NCBI GenBank assembly: GCA_002633005.1 | Contig: NMRA01000043.1 | Location: 221,463-285,462, forward strand | Length of the DNA stretch: 64,000 nt | DNA from: Phoronis australis | Lineage: Eukaryota; Animalia; Phoronida | Direction: 5' to 3' | In this document: positions 49,110 through 62,237 of the stretch, one piece after another | Position numbering within the stretch: position 1 is the stretch's first letter | Layout: every line of letters starts with the position of its first letter | Translations under genes and position numbers: made by a program | The notes under the pieces: generated by a model | Databases searched by the model: none | Told to the model about the DNA's origin: nothing | Seen by the model: only the letters and a program-made list of their open reading frames with translations

Positions 49110-51099
49110 TTTGTCCTTTTAAAGTGCACTTGCTTCTCTCAAAACCAGTCATTACAAATATCAATTCTTACTCGTTTAATCTTAAAGGCGTTTATTTCCA
49201 TTTAAAATTTCTACAGAGTGTTTAAAATTAACCTGATAATGTAAAAGAAATGAAAGAATACAATAGGGTTACACGTACATTTTTACATATCCTCAAGCTT
49301 AACCTCAACTGACTCCCTCAGTGGGCAAAGGTCATCGGGTTCAGGTTTGATACTAGCCGCGTAATAAACCCGGAAAACATCTTGTTTTCATTTGAAAGAG
49401 TTTAGACTTGGTTTCTATAACTATTTAAAGCAGACTTCTTGCCTAAAAGTTTATTCAAATGGTCTGTAACCTCTGCTCGTCATTTCCAAACTATGAAAAT
49501 AGACAGTTTTGCAAGACAATTTTCACTAAGGTGCAAAGTTGAGGCAAGATTTTGTATTGCTCAGTCATTAAGACTAACTCCTTAACAGTATGTTCAAAAC
49601 GTCACATAAGGCTACTAGGTGTTTTATGGCAGTAAGAAGGTCACAAAAATGGCCACTAAAATTAGCCCCAAAAAGTGGTCTGTGGATTATCTCCCCTGTC
49701 TAGCACAAAACTGTCAGATTGTAATAAATGACACAGAATTAGGTACAGTATACGGTGGTTATTTCAGCCACCAAAATATAGCTTTTGATCTATTTTGTAT
49801 GTTACTCATTTTTGTTGCCGAAAACATGCGATTTTTGAGACGGCTAATATACCCAATTGTGCCAATTTGTGTTATCATGCTCCAGCGGCAAAATTATGGG
49901 TCATTGAGCGCACAAAATTTGGCATTTGGGTTTATGTTAGGATACCTACCCATGTACAAAAAATGAAGTTGTTTTAAATTTTGACGTATAGACTGATTTT
50001 TGAAAATCTGGTTTTTATATGGACTGTCTCTTAACTTTGAGAAGAAGCTGACAAGTGTCCCAGATGAGTCTTTCATCAGGATTTCCAGAGGCCTCACTTT
50101 CCTTTCCTATACAGTGCTGCTGTGACGTCATAGGCTGTGATTGCATGCAGACCAGGCAATGCTACAGCGAGACCCCTTGTTACCGAAACACGCTGTAGTT
50201 ACTTAGAAATTTATTTCGCCAAGTATGTTGGTCTTCCATCAAGTTTTTACTTGGCGGAATTCTTCGAATTCTGACAAGTATGTTGCTATCGTCAATTTTT
50301 TTTTGTTCGCACTGTACAGGTAGCAATTTTCGTCCGATTCTCACGAAGTTTGCACGCGACGTGTAGATCGAAAAGTCCTGGAAGCCTATTGTTTTTGGTC
50401 ATGAACGAATTCAAAATGGCAGACGTGGTGGCCATTTTCTTTCTGATTTCAGAGTCAAATGCTCATAGAGGCCGCATTTTTCGACGTACAGGGCTGAAAC
50501 GTGGTATGATTATTATAGAACACATGTGCTACAACTGTGCCGAAAATCGTTGACTTTAAGTCAAATATGGCAGAACTATTGGAAGTGGCGCATGCGCACC
50601 TCGTTATCTGGCCGAAAACGTGTAGAGGGCGCATTGGAGAACGAATCACTTTCAAACTGGTCACGTGTTTGTTGCTATTGATCAACTTTTATAAAATTTT
50701 GTTAAACCGGAAGTCACTTTCAAGATGGCGGCTGTGGTGCATTTGCACCCATTTTCAATCGTTCTGGTGTCGCATTTTTAACGGGAAGAGCAAATGACGT
50801 GAATTTTTTCTTGTGGATTCCTTGAAGTATGCTCTTTCAAAAGTTCTGAAATAAAGTTTCTCTCAGACTTACCGTTTTCGAGTTATTTGACTTTGAATTT
50901 CAAAAAACCGCAAAATTTCAATTTTTTTAAAAAAATTAGGGAATGTTGCGAAACAATCAATTTAGATAGAATTTGTAACGGGCTTTCGTAAATGTTTTCC
51001 ATTTTTCGACAGGACGTCTACTTTTCGAATTATTTGAGATTTTCTGATAGCGCTGTTCCTTTGTTGAGCTCTCTTACTGCATTGATGTTGGTTTAGTTT

Positions 51100-51620
51100 A
51101 TTTGAACAAGACTGTAGCTTATTTCTTACTAATTTATGACGTCTAAGTTCGTCGTATGAATGTTGTGATGTTGTTCATCATCGCCACCTTCATCATCACA
51201 ATCGTCATCGTCGTTAATTTTGCCTATTGTCGGTCAAGACTGTAGGTAAGCACTAAACAATCAGGCCGCGGCCAGGGCCACGGAGCATTTTCTAGCTTCT
51301 ATTGAACAAGAATGTAGCTTATTTCTTTCTGATTTATAACATCTAAGTGCGTCATATGAATGTTATGATGTTTTGCAGCATCATCACCATCGTCATCATA
51401 TTCGTCATCTTCTCCGTCGTCGTCTTTTCAGTTAATTTCGCCAATTGTCGCTCAAGCTAGACTGTAGCCTATACTTGCTGACTTACTGATGCCTCTACGT
51501 TCGTCTTGTGAATGTTATCATTACTTGAATTGTTCATCATCGCCACCATCATCGTCAAATTCGCCATCTTCGTCATCATCTCCAATCGTCGTCTTTTCTG
51601 TTAATTTCGCCAAGTGTCGC
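51100..51620. repeat. Degenerate ~180-200-bp tandem repeat with CAT/CGT-rich tracts
   Basis: Three related units containing GACTGTAGCTTATTTCTT...GAATGTT.TGATG...GTTAATTT.GCC. Confidence 0.7.
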
Positions 51621-52404
51621 TCCTCGGAGCACTTTCATTTATATATTTATTTAAATAGGATTGGGATTCCAGCGCGTGGCTGCGCTCCAAATTAGTGGCG
51701 ATTTGTATTTCATCACGGAGGACATTATACCGGCCATCGACAAATGACTCCGCGAAACTAAAACATTGCAAACACTATACACTACACTGAATTTCGACAC
51801 CATGTAAAAATTTCTTCAAAAACTTACCACTAGGCGAGTTAACTGTCTTACATCTTGACACCCGTCTGCTTTTCGCTTGTTGTGATCATCAGAGTAAACA
51901 CAGGCTTTAGTGAACGAAAGTTTTCTATAAGTAGTTTTTGTTTCCTGCGGTCCCGCTTTTTGCAGTTAACTTACTAAATACACCACTTTTGTCACCAATT
52001 GAGAATATCTGTACTTCGATTTCCGTGGTGCAATTTTAACATCTTGTTGTCCAGTTGTTTAGGTTTCCCAACGAGTACTTGAACTATCAAGGGGAAGCTG
52101 CATGGTACATGTAGCTCCATTTTTTAAGGTCCTTTCTGGGTTTCTGGCCTACTACTTCCTGTGTAAAATTTATCTTTCACGGGTCATTGGGTATTCAGTG
52201 CAGCACAATTGTTGGTTTTAAATCAGTTTAAGCCCGCCGATACCTTGAAAATCTAACTGTCTCAAAAACACCCCGGCCAACCCGCGATCGAGAACGACCG
52301 GAAGGCGATCGAGAACGAAATTTGGCGCGAGAAGCGAAGCCAGAAAATGTAAGTAAATTTGATGAATTTTTGGTTGTTCTGAGCTTCAATACGAAAACAG
52401 AGAC

Positions 52405-55400
52405 ATGAGTTCAAGGCGTAACACATTGAGGAAGGCCAGGTAGAAGTTTAGGCTTGTGTCTCGTCCAAATATTGGAGAAAAGTTACGTTAACCGATGCAT
52501 CGCTTGAGCCGAAGGTGATTTGTATGTCATTTTTGCAGATTTTGGTTATTTTTGGTTCTATATCAATATATTAATCATGAAGTTATGAAGAAATGACGTA
52601 TGAAAATGTAACCCAACGCCTGTTTTCCGTAGCATTGTCAAGATCTCTGATTTATGAACCTTTTTCTGTTAAAAGAAGCGATCGAGAACGCAATGATAAG
52701 CGATCGGGAACGCACATATGAGCTCGCTAAAGCGATCGGGAACGCATTGCGATGTGTTGAACAATAATGAACATTTCAGTAATAAAGAGTTTTAAAAGTT
52801 ACAAAACAAGTGTGGTTCAATGAATTAATGATATTTTGCATCATTACTGTGTTACTTTCGTGTCAAAAACTAAATTTCATAGCATAGCATCCCTTACCAA
52901 AAAGGCCTCCTGCAAACACTTGCAGCAAGCTTGCCGCAAAAGTTTCTGCAAACCAGCCACAAACACATGGAATGATCTGTTGTAAGTTGCCTGCAACCCA
53001 GCTGCAAACATTGCAGCAAGCTTGCTGCATGTTTGCCGCTAGCATGCAGCAAACTTTCACTATGCAAATGAAGTTTGCAGCAAGCTTGCAGCAAACACCT
53101 CCATGTCCTTATTTGGAACAGTTCCTGCAAGGCAGCTGCACACATTGCTGCAAGCTTGCTGCAAACATCTTCATGGGGTTATATAGAAGTTTCTGCGAAC
53201 CACCTGAAAAAATATTGCTGATTACTATTTTTGCTTCCCAATATGGTTTCATGAAAGACCAGTCTACTGAATGGGCTTTTGTTGAAGTTGTATGTTGAAA
53301 TTTGCAATATTTCGACTAGGGATATCATCCAACAGCAACATTCATTTAGCTAAGGCATCAAACATAAATTAAACCTTTCCATTCTACAATATTTCTTAGA
53401 TGCTGAAAAGAACAATTCTACTCCAGACCAATCTGCATTGCACCAATCAGTGGTGTTGCATAGGGATCATGGGATGATCGCTCCACTTTTCTTCCTTAGC
53501 ATATATTTCCATAAAATCACCATGAGCACTACAAGTACAGCAAGTGTTATATTTTAGTTATGGATATTTTCACAAATGATTTTATTTTTATTTCAGGAAA
53601 CAATTTCATTGTTATTATTGCCCGGCAAGCTTCAACGACCATGAAAAAATCATTGCCCACGCTGTGGCGGTGCACCCTTCCAGGGTTTTAAAGTACAGGC
53701 GTCTCCTTTTAGATGAAACTACTGGGAAAATGGGACTCCAAATTAAGACGCACCCAGGAGTTATTCCACAAGACGTATCAGCTGGGGGAAAACAAATTGT
53801 TGCGGCTGATGAAAGTGAGTGCCGAATATTTTTACAAAACTGCGACAACAAAAGAAAAATACCGAACACGCCAGTGAAGTCAAGCAATGATAGTGAGTTT
53901 GCCAAAGAAAATCTGAAAATAGATGAGACTCCCAGTAATGAAGAATTAGAGTTTGACAAGTTGTGCTTCTTGCTTCCCCAAGTCATAGAGACAATTATGA
54001 AAGAAAATGGTCTCATGGAATCTTACGTGAAACTGAATGAACTTCTTGCCTCAGGTAGACTGCCTTTGAACAACATATGTTTCCTACTATTCCTGGATAT
54101 AGTCGAGTGGTTTTCGGTAGCAAACACTTCCAAAATGCGTTACCAAAACCCACAAACTCTTAGGTTCTGGGAAATTGGCTACCAGCTATTTCATGGAAAG
54201 TTCATCAGATTTATGTCTGGACAACGAAATACAGGTCAGATTTTAGATCAGTCAACATCAAGGGGAGAGTATAGCCCAGATGAATCCAAAGTGAACTTTG
54301 CGGTGCCATCTCTGACTACAATACAACATAACCTTTCTAAAAGGAGTCCGTTTTTTCCAGGAATAAACAGGCTGACAATTGAAAATATAGCCCACACTTA
54401 TGAAAGCTCTCCTGTAATTTTAGCTGTGGATGGAAAAAAAATAAGTCGCGGAAAGGGCAAACGCATGGGGGATATTGAACTGTGGGGTTTTGAACCAAAG
54501 CCAACTCTTCAGGAAAGACTGAACCAAGTTGAAAGGGAAGTGGAATTCGTGAATGAGCTAACCAAAGAAACGGATAGACTAATGACCTATAGTGTTCAGA
54601 CCATTAGTGCAATACCCTCAACATCACGTGAAAAAATTCATTCCGGACTCGTTGAATTGATTAAGTTCATAGGATATCGTAATAAAACAATGAGAGACAC
54701 TGAACAGACGCTAATCCGCTCTGAAGAGAAGTTCAAGCGACTCGGCGGAGATGACTGGATGAAATCCAAGTATTTCCCGGTCATCTCTTTGATGAGGACA
54801 AAACGCAGTGAAATTTGTGCCCACCTAAAAGAAGGTCTTCAGCTGTCAGACGAGATCACAAAATTGGGAATTGACCTAAATGGGAAATCAAACCTTTATT
54901 CCGAGAAGTTAGTTAAGCTTGCAGAACAACAGAACTTTTATTCACTGAACCCGAACTTCAATAAGTCGACTGATCCACGTTATATGCAACAAAGAACCCC
55001 GGAGTGGTTTTCTTTGCGCAGCGAAGCGAAAGTTACTGGAAGTACAGCCAATTGTGCACTCGGCTTAGAGACCTTAAAAAGACAAAAAGAACATTTTCAC
55101 CAAGTAATTCACGGCATAGAAAAACCTCGTCACAGTGCACTTAACACTCAGAGAATGCTTTATGGAACTGAACACGAACTGGATGCAGTCGCAACAATGA
55201 CATCTAAAGTGTTGCCGTTTCTGTTTCCAGAACTGAGCTATTATGAAGAAGGATGCCAAACAATAACTCACGGCGACAAAGCAGCATTCATGGTAGTGAG
55301 TTCGGATGGCAGTCTCAGAACAAATGATAATGCAGAACCAATAATGATGTATGAAAACAAGTGCAAAGCACCCCAGTCCTATAATCCTAACGCATACTAC

Positions 55401-55414
55401 AAGATTCCTAAATA
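52405..55414 (+). CDS. 5' part of putative transposase: C2H2 finger, LAVDGKK motif, helical region, YqaJ/lambda-exonuclease domain (runs into gap)
   Basis: Exon 52405-52439 (MSSRRNTLRKAR, weak GT donor) is in phase with the exon starting at 53597 after TTTTATTTCAG. That exon gives CYYC-x12-H-x4-H and ~600 open codons. YqaJ motifs: QRTPEWFSLR..VTGST, MLYGTEHE, EEG, FMVVSSDG, YENKC. Confidence 0.82.
52891..53178. mobile_element. Small CCC...GGG element with palindromic TGCAGCAAGCTTGC repeats, inside intron 1
   Basis: GCAAGCTTGC palindromes at ~52925, 53016, 53080 and 53150; termini CCCTTAC / CATGGGG. Confidence 0.55.
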
Positions 55415-56839
55415 NNNNNNNNNNNNNNNNNNNNNNNNNNNNNNNNNNNNNNNNNNNNNNNNNNNNNNNNNNNNNNNNNNNNNNNNNNNNNNNNNNNNNN
55501 NNNNNNNNNNNNNNNNNNNNNNNNNNNNNNNNNNNNNNNNNNNNNNNNNNNNNNNNNNNNNNNNNNNNNNNNNNNNNNNNNNNNNNNNNNNNNNNNNNNN
55601 NNNNNNNNNNNNNNNNNNNNNNNNNNNNNNNNNNNNNNNNNNNNNNNNNNNNNNNNNNNNNNNNNNNNNNNNNNNNNNNNNNNNNNNNNNNNNNNNNNNN
55701 NNNNNNNNNNNNNNNNNNNNNNNNNNNNNNNNNNNNNNNNNNNNNNNNNNNNNNNNNNNNNNNNNNNNNNNNNNNNNNNNNNNNNNNNNNNNNNNNNNNN
55801 NNNNNNNNNNNNNNNNNNNNNNNNNNNNNNNNNNNNNNNNNNNNNNNNNNNNNNNNNNNNNNNNNNNNNNNNNNNNNNNNNNNNNNNNNNNNNNNNNNNN
55901 NNNNNNNNNNNNNNNNNNNNNNNNNNNNNNNNNNNNNNNNNNNNNNNNNNNNNNNNNNNNNNNNNNNNNNNNNNNNNNNNNNNNNNNNNNNNNNNNNNNN
56001 NNNNNNNNNNNNNNNNNNNNNNNNNNNNNNNNNNNNNNNNNNNNNNNNNNNNNNNNNNNNNNNNNNNNNNNNNNNNNNNNNNNNNNNNNNNNNNNNNNNN
56101 NNNNNNNNNNNNNNNNNNNNNNNNNNNNNNNNNNNNNNNNNNNNNNNNNNNNNNNNNNNNNNNNNNCAATTAGTAATAATACTTGTATTACAATCAAAAT
56201 TGTGTCTTGAGAGAACAACTTGAATGTATGCCAAGCTTTAATTACAATATACCGAGATGTTTTATTCTTAACGCACGACAAAATCTATAATAATTGCAAC
56301 AACGATATTATTTACTTGACTAAACTAACAACAGCAACACAGAGCGTTGAAATGCACCCAACGGGATGTTTATTAGCATTGAAAATGGCGCAAAATATGT
56401 CGAATGCCAGTGGAGAAAACCATGAAATCTGACTTTCCCCCGTGGAAAGGCATGCTTAGAACAGCATGTCGAGCATATTTAAGCATTTTATTTTAAATTA
56501 CCTCATTACTTGTCAACTGAAAAAAATCACTCTTAAAAATTATAAACATATTTATTTTTCCCATGTTCATCTAAAATACTTGAAAACTGGCGAATACTTC
56601 ATCGATTACTATTTTTGCTTCCCAATATGGTTTCATGATACATCAGTCTACTGAATGGGCTATCATTGAACTTGTAGGCCTATGTTGAAATTTGTATTAT
56701 TTCGACTATAGCGATATCATCCAATAACATCATTCATTTATCTAAGGCATCAACCATAAATTATACCTTTCTATTCTACAATATTACCATGGTGTTGAAA
56801 AGAACAACTACAGAGGTTATATCCAGTTATTACCATACT

Positions 56840-57234
56840 AGTGGACGTTCTAAACACATTCTACTCCAGACTAATCTGCATTACAGCAATCGGAGGAGTT
56901 CCATAGGGTACATATGGGATGATCGCTAGTGTTTTCATCCATGTTTGTTCGACCCAACTTTGAGATGCTGTGTACGCCATTTGTTCCGGTGTTTTCAACT
57001 CAAACTTGTTGCCTCGTAACCTCTGCAGTGTCTCTAAGTGGACGTTCTAAACACATTCTACTCCAGACTAATCTGCATTACAGCAATCGGAGGTGTTCCA
57101 TAGGGTTCATATAGGATGATCGCTATTGTTTTCATCCATGTTTGTTTGACCCAACCTTGAGATGCTGTGTACGCCATATTTGTTCCGGTGTTTTCAACTC
57201 AAACTGGTTGCCTCGTAACCTCTGCAGTGTCTCT
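56840..57234. repeat. 2 x 197-bp tandem duplication
   Basis: AGTGGACGTTCTAAACACATTCTACTCC at 56840 and 57037. Confidence 0.9.
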
Positions 57235-58239
57235 GGCTTTCATCAAGTACATTATGTCACTCAATATTCACAAACCTAAAATATGAATGCCATTTCACTT
57301 TCCACATAAAGGCATTTGTGATAGCATTATTAGAATCTCCATTACGTTTTAAGTCAAACTTTTGCTCTTCTGCTCATGTATGAACAGACAGTTAAACTTG
57401 TGTTCAATAGTTTGACTGCAGACTGAGAATGCGTATGACTGAAGGTGATGGCAGTTAAAACACCTACCAGTAGTTAAATATACAACATGCTAATCTTATT
57501 TTGTACCCAATAATTACCATGCATTTAACCAAAATAAAAATTTGTTGTTCCTATTGTGAATCAAACAATCAGAGAGCGATGTGAAAATTGACACAAACTT
57601 AAGTTTTACAGTCTCAATTAAGTGGACTGGTTACATGTAAAACTATTGACAATGTTTTGGAAACTAGTTGATTCTGGTCTCAACCCCAGTTAACTCATTT
57701 GAAATCTGTGCTGTACTTTTCCCTAACCATTATAACCTCCAATTTGGCTGAATCAGTAAGAAAATCAACTTGCTTTTGTTTGCAAGACCAAAACTACTGA
57801 TTCATGAATGAAGTCTAAGTAATTTTACTTAACAATCACATCAATATAAATACAATTTTAAATTCAGAACTCACATCCATACAGTTCTTCAGTTATCCAT
57901 GTAGAGTCTAGGCTGTACCAAAACCGTTTGAATTTGGTTCAAATGAAAGCTTATAGGTCACTTCCCAGGCATGTAACCTTGACAACCACATGCTTTCCTT
58001 GATAACAGTCCCACCAGATCAACATGTGGCTGGGCTAGCATAATTTAAATAAACAATCAACAGCCCCTGAGGCATTAAACATTAATGTAATTCAAGAGGC
58101 ATTCCTTGAAAACTGTCCTAGCAATTCAACATGTAGGTGGGCTAGTATGATTAAAGTGAACAATAACCCTAGAAGCATAAAACAATAATATAAGGACACT
58201 NAAAACACCTCTCTCGAAACTCTAAATGCTGTTGAAAAT

Positions 58240-61205
58240 GTAATTGAAAGCTCAGTAACAAATAACGTGCAGAATTCGCATGAGTTCCTTGGACAGGACT
58301 ATTTTGTCGAACCATGGTTGTTCCAAGAAGAACCAGGTGCTGCACAAAGTTTTGGTGTAACATCTGACGTGCTCTCTGGGGCTTTTGAGGCCATGTACAG
58401 TAGTGGCCATGACGACTTCTATGTGCAAACTGTGATCGATATGAGTGTTGATAAAATACCTTTAAGAAGAGATGGTGACCATATGGAATTGGGCGAAGAA
58501 AATCTCAACTACACAGTATATCCCAGTGATGACAACACATGTGCGGACACAGAACATGTACTTGAAAGTAAGGAGAATGGAAATGCGGAGCTATTAGTTT
58601 CTGAGAATCGTTACACTGTGGACACTGCAACGTCTGAATCCATGCTGAATGCTTTAAAAGCAAATGAAAAGGCTGAAAACTATCATAAATGGTCACAAAA
58701 AAACTGTTGAAGACTTCAAAAGACTTTTTGCATGTAAGACCATGTGCACTTGCAACAAGGCACTCCACAAGTTTGAACTCCAAATGTGTCTACAAGTGTT
58801 ACGTGTGCAGCACGGTGTTTGTTTTGACATTAAACCCTCAAAGAAGGAGCTAGTTTAGTTGTTCACGTCTACATTGAACTTTGGGGTAAATCCCCCTAAT
58901 AGGAAGTATCATCAGCGCAATCGAAGTGTTTGCTCACTTAGAAAAATGTGTTGTTCTGTTTTGGAACGTGCATCAAAACAAGAGCTTGCTAAGATTCTCG
59001 CAGAAAACACATGGGATAAAGCTTTACAGCAGTGGATTGAATCTGGACCATTGTACCTCACTTCATGTTTTCTTGATAGTGAAAATAGTATGAAGAATTG
59101 GTTTTCTCGTCCAAATACCGACCATTACGGCAAGAACAGGTTCCACTTCACCGACGCCTGTCACATTTTGACNTGCTCACTTAGAAAAATGTGTTGTTCT
59201 GTTTTAGAACGTGCATCAAAACAAGAGCTTGCTAAGATTCTCGCTAGCACAAAACATGGGATAAAGCTTTACAACAGTGGATTGAATCTGGACCATTGTA
59301 CCACACTTCATGTTTTCTTGATAGTGAAAATAGTATGAAGAATTGGTTTTCTCGTCCAAATACTGACCATTACGGCAAGAACAGGTTCCACTTCACCGAC
59401 GCCTGTCACATTTTGACTTGTATTAGGACAAAACTCTGTACTACTGGAATTGCTGGTTTAAAGCGAAAAGCATGGGAAGATGTTGCTCTATCTCGCAAAA
59501 CCCATCTCAATATTGCTGTGATTGAGGATTGCGTTGACAAGCAAGACGTAGCTTTAGCAAGACGTGTATTTTCCAGGGATGTTCAAGAAAATATGCTTGA
59601 CGAATATGTCAACGAGAAAGAATTTTGTGAGGTAATACGAAACTGGTTTGATGTCGAGGACGAGCCTGCCATACCTGCTGCTGAAAGATGCATCCGAAGG
59701 CTTCGACTTAGAAAATGGCTTTTAGAAGAATTTGCAGTGAACACGTTTCCGCCACAAACCCGATATATCAGAGGCATACCGATACAGACTTTAGAGGCAT
59801 TGTTGGTGCACTTGGAAAGGAAAATGCAAATTTTCCCTTTCTGCAGAAATCAAACATATAATATTCATGCAATAGGTTCTCAGCAGGTGGAAAACTTCTT
59901 TTCAACATTCCGAGATATGGACTCCACTGGACAAGGGACACCAAAACCAGACTCCATTCCTCATATGATGACAGCAGTTGCAGATTTAGACTACTGCAGA
60001 ATTGACCCAAGCAGGTAAGCATGATTTAGAATCAAGCTTGTTTCCTACACATGATTAACTGTAAATTACGCGGACATATCAACTCTCATGTTTGATATTC
60101 TACAAAAGTGTTTTTTCAGTTAAAATTTTGAAGATGTGGCAACAAAACGCTCCGTGAATAAAAAAGGAAAAAATTTTTCACATACCTATCCTCTGAGCTG
60201 TGACGGTAAAAAAGTTTTGAGGGCGATGTAAGTGTAAATTTATTTTCACACAAGGGCTCGTACGTATAATCAAAATAGTAAGGAACTAGTTGAACTGTAA
60301 GAAATTATATTAATTTAACAATTAGCTTGTCATGTTTTGTAAGAGGTGCCACTAAGAATTTAAATTGTTTTAAATTCATTCACGTTTACATGTTTAATCT
60401 TCTATAAAACCCCCTACTTGGTTTCAGATCATTCTATATGTCAACCACACGAGCCGGAGTGTATCCAATGATACAATTTGAGTCCGATGAAACCCAAGAA
60501 TGTTTTCACGGCCAAACGCAAGGCATTCATTCTGCATTAGTTTTTAGTCTGATAACTCCAAGGTTAGTGTTATGTGATACACGTTAACTGTAATTTTTTC
60601 TGTAGTCAACTTTTTCTTTTTTCGTCTTCATCTATTCGTTATCATAATGTCGCGTATTATAGTGCTGATAAAGGCACGTAAAGCACCATTGTTTTAAAAA
60701 ATATTCAAATCGTGGCATTGTCAAATAAGCAAGGTCTTCATGAGCGCCGGGTCAAAAATACCCTTCAATAAATAAACGTCCAAGCGCTTATGCGTCCTAT
60801 TACGGTATTTCCACTACTTTGAAAACAGTGGCAAGTGTAATGCAGCTCACAGGCTAGCGTCGAAAGCTTTAAAGGAGGATTGATTATTCATAAAATTTTG
60901 AGACCTCATAAGGTCGTAACCCTTTNTTGATTACTCATTAAATTTTGAGACGTCATAAGGTCGTAACCCTTTCATTCTCTTCAGTAGACGACGATACAAA
61001 ATCCAAGATTCCTTTTTCCAGGGACCATTACTTTGATTCAGTGCAAAGAGATCGGAAGAAGCATCTTCGGAAAGGAGGGAAAGTGTCGTTGCCAAGCGAG
61101 TCCGCCCATGGTGAGAAAGGAGTGCGACAACACCATTCGTGAGATGACTCGAAGATACCTGCTCATAAACGACTCGGATTTCAAAATTTGTCAGAAGTTG
61201 TGTAG
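58240..61205 (+). pseudogene. 3' part of putative transposase (P-element/THAP9-like catalytic C-terminus), disrupted
   Basis: Motifs FTDACHILTCIRTK, DKQDVALARRVFS, FCEVIRNWFD and GSQQVENFFS. Exons ..-60014 (GTAAGC), 60428-60562 (GTTAGT) and 61022-61205 are all in phase. Lesions: frameshift ~58705, TAG at 58856 and TGA at 61140. Confidence 0.78.
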
Positions 61206-62237
61206 CCAAAAGTATTATGGTGATAAAAGTGGTGGGATTTTGTTTAATGGTTTACTAATAACATCCATACCGAGTTGAACAGACTGACTTGCTACATCCT
61301 TGTGACTTGTATGTGTTTTGTGTTCTTGGTCCCGAGTTCACTGTGCTATTTCAGTTCATGGGACATTGAAAAAGAGCGAGAGGAGTTGTAATACACATAC
61401 TATATTGTGATTTTCTAAAAACGTAGTGACAATGTTGTCTTTAAGTCATTTCAAGACACACTATAGTAACTACACTGGAAATCAACAATATGAAAGCAAA
61501 TTCCGTAATAATAGTAATTGTTTAGTCACACATCATCTCAAAATAGGTCATAAAAATATATAAAATATAGCTCTGGGTAATCAACATTACAAAGGCATTG
61601 AACATTGGAATGCATTGCACTTATTATAAACACTTATTTTCTTTTTAAAATCTTATGGTAATAACAATGGCCAATGGCACTTAGTATGTCATTTGAACAT
61701 ACCTAAACACTACAAAAATGCACTGGTTCTGTTTAAGATACATAAAATAACACAAATGTAGAAACTTTAGAAAAAGGTTCAAAATATCACATCTGGCAAC
61801 TGCCAACCATAAACTCTTTTAATCAGAATAAAAACTTAAACAAATTTCACTACTGGACTTAATGAAGCTTCTGTTTTTTGTGCCTACAGTGGGAGGCATA
61901 ATGCTTGTACGATTTGCCGCATTCACAACAGAAAGCAGTGACCTCATGTTGTGACGCAATGTGTCGCTTTAGGCTCACTTTCTCTGTGAAGCATTGGTTG
62001 CAGGCATGACACTGAATTGTCTTGTCTCCTGAGCACAGTGCTTCATGTTGTGACTTTTTGTACCTATCGAAAAACTTCTTGCCACATGAAACACATGAAA
62101 ATGCTTTGTAGTTTGCGTGCTGGCTCATGTGATCTTGAAACTNCTTTAGAAAAAGGTTCAAAATATCACATCTGGCAACTGCCAACCATAAACTCTTTTA
62201 ATCAGAATAAAAACTTAAAAAAATGTCACTACTGGAC

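Larger units (their letters stand above)
46441..50030 (-). mobile_element. Sola3 DNA transposon, both ends intact, internally deleted
   Basis: TTAA|GAGTGACTCCATATAAAAACCA ... TGGTTTTTATATGGACTGTCTC|TTAA. GAG...CTC termini with a TTAA TSD are typical of Sola3. Confidence 0.88.

Noticed and set aside
50250-51300. Helentron/HINE-like element
   Set aside because: A 5' hairpin and AAAATGGC motifs are suggestive, but termini could not be defined.
58931-59417. Internal tandem duplication in the transposase
   Set aside because: The two near-identical copies meet exactly at a single N (59173), typical of an unmerged contig overlap.
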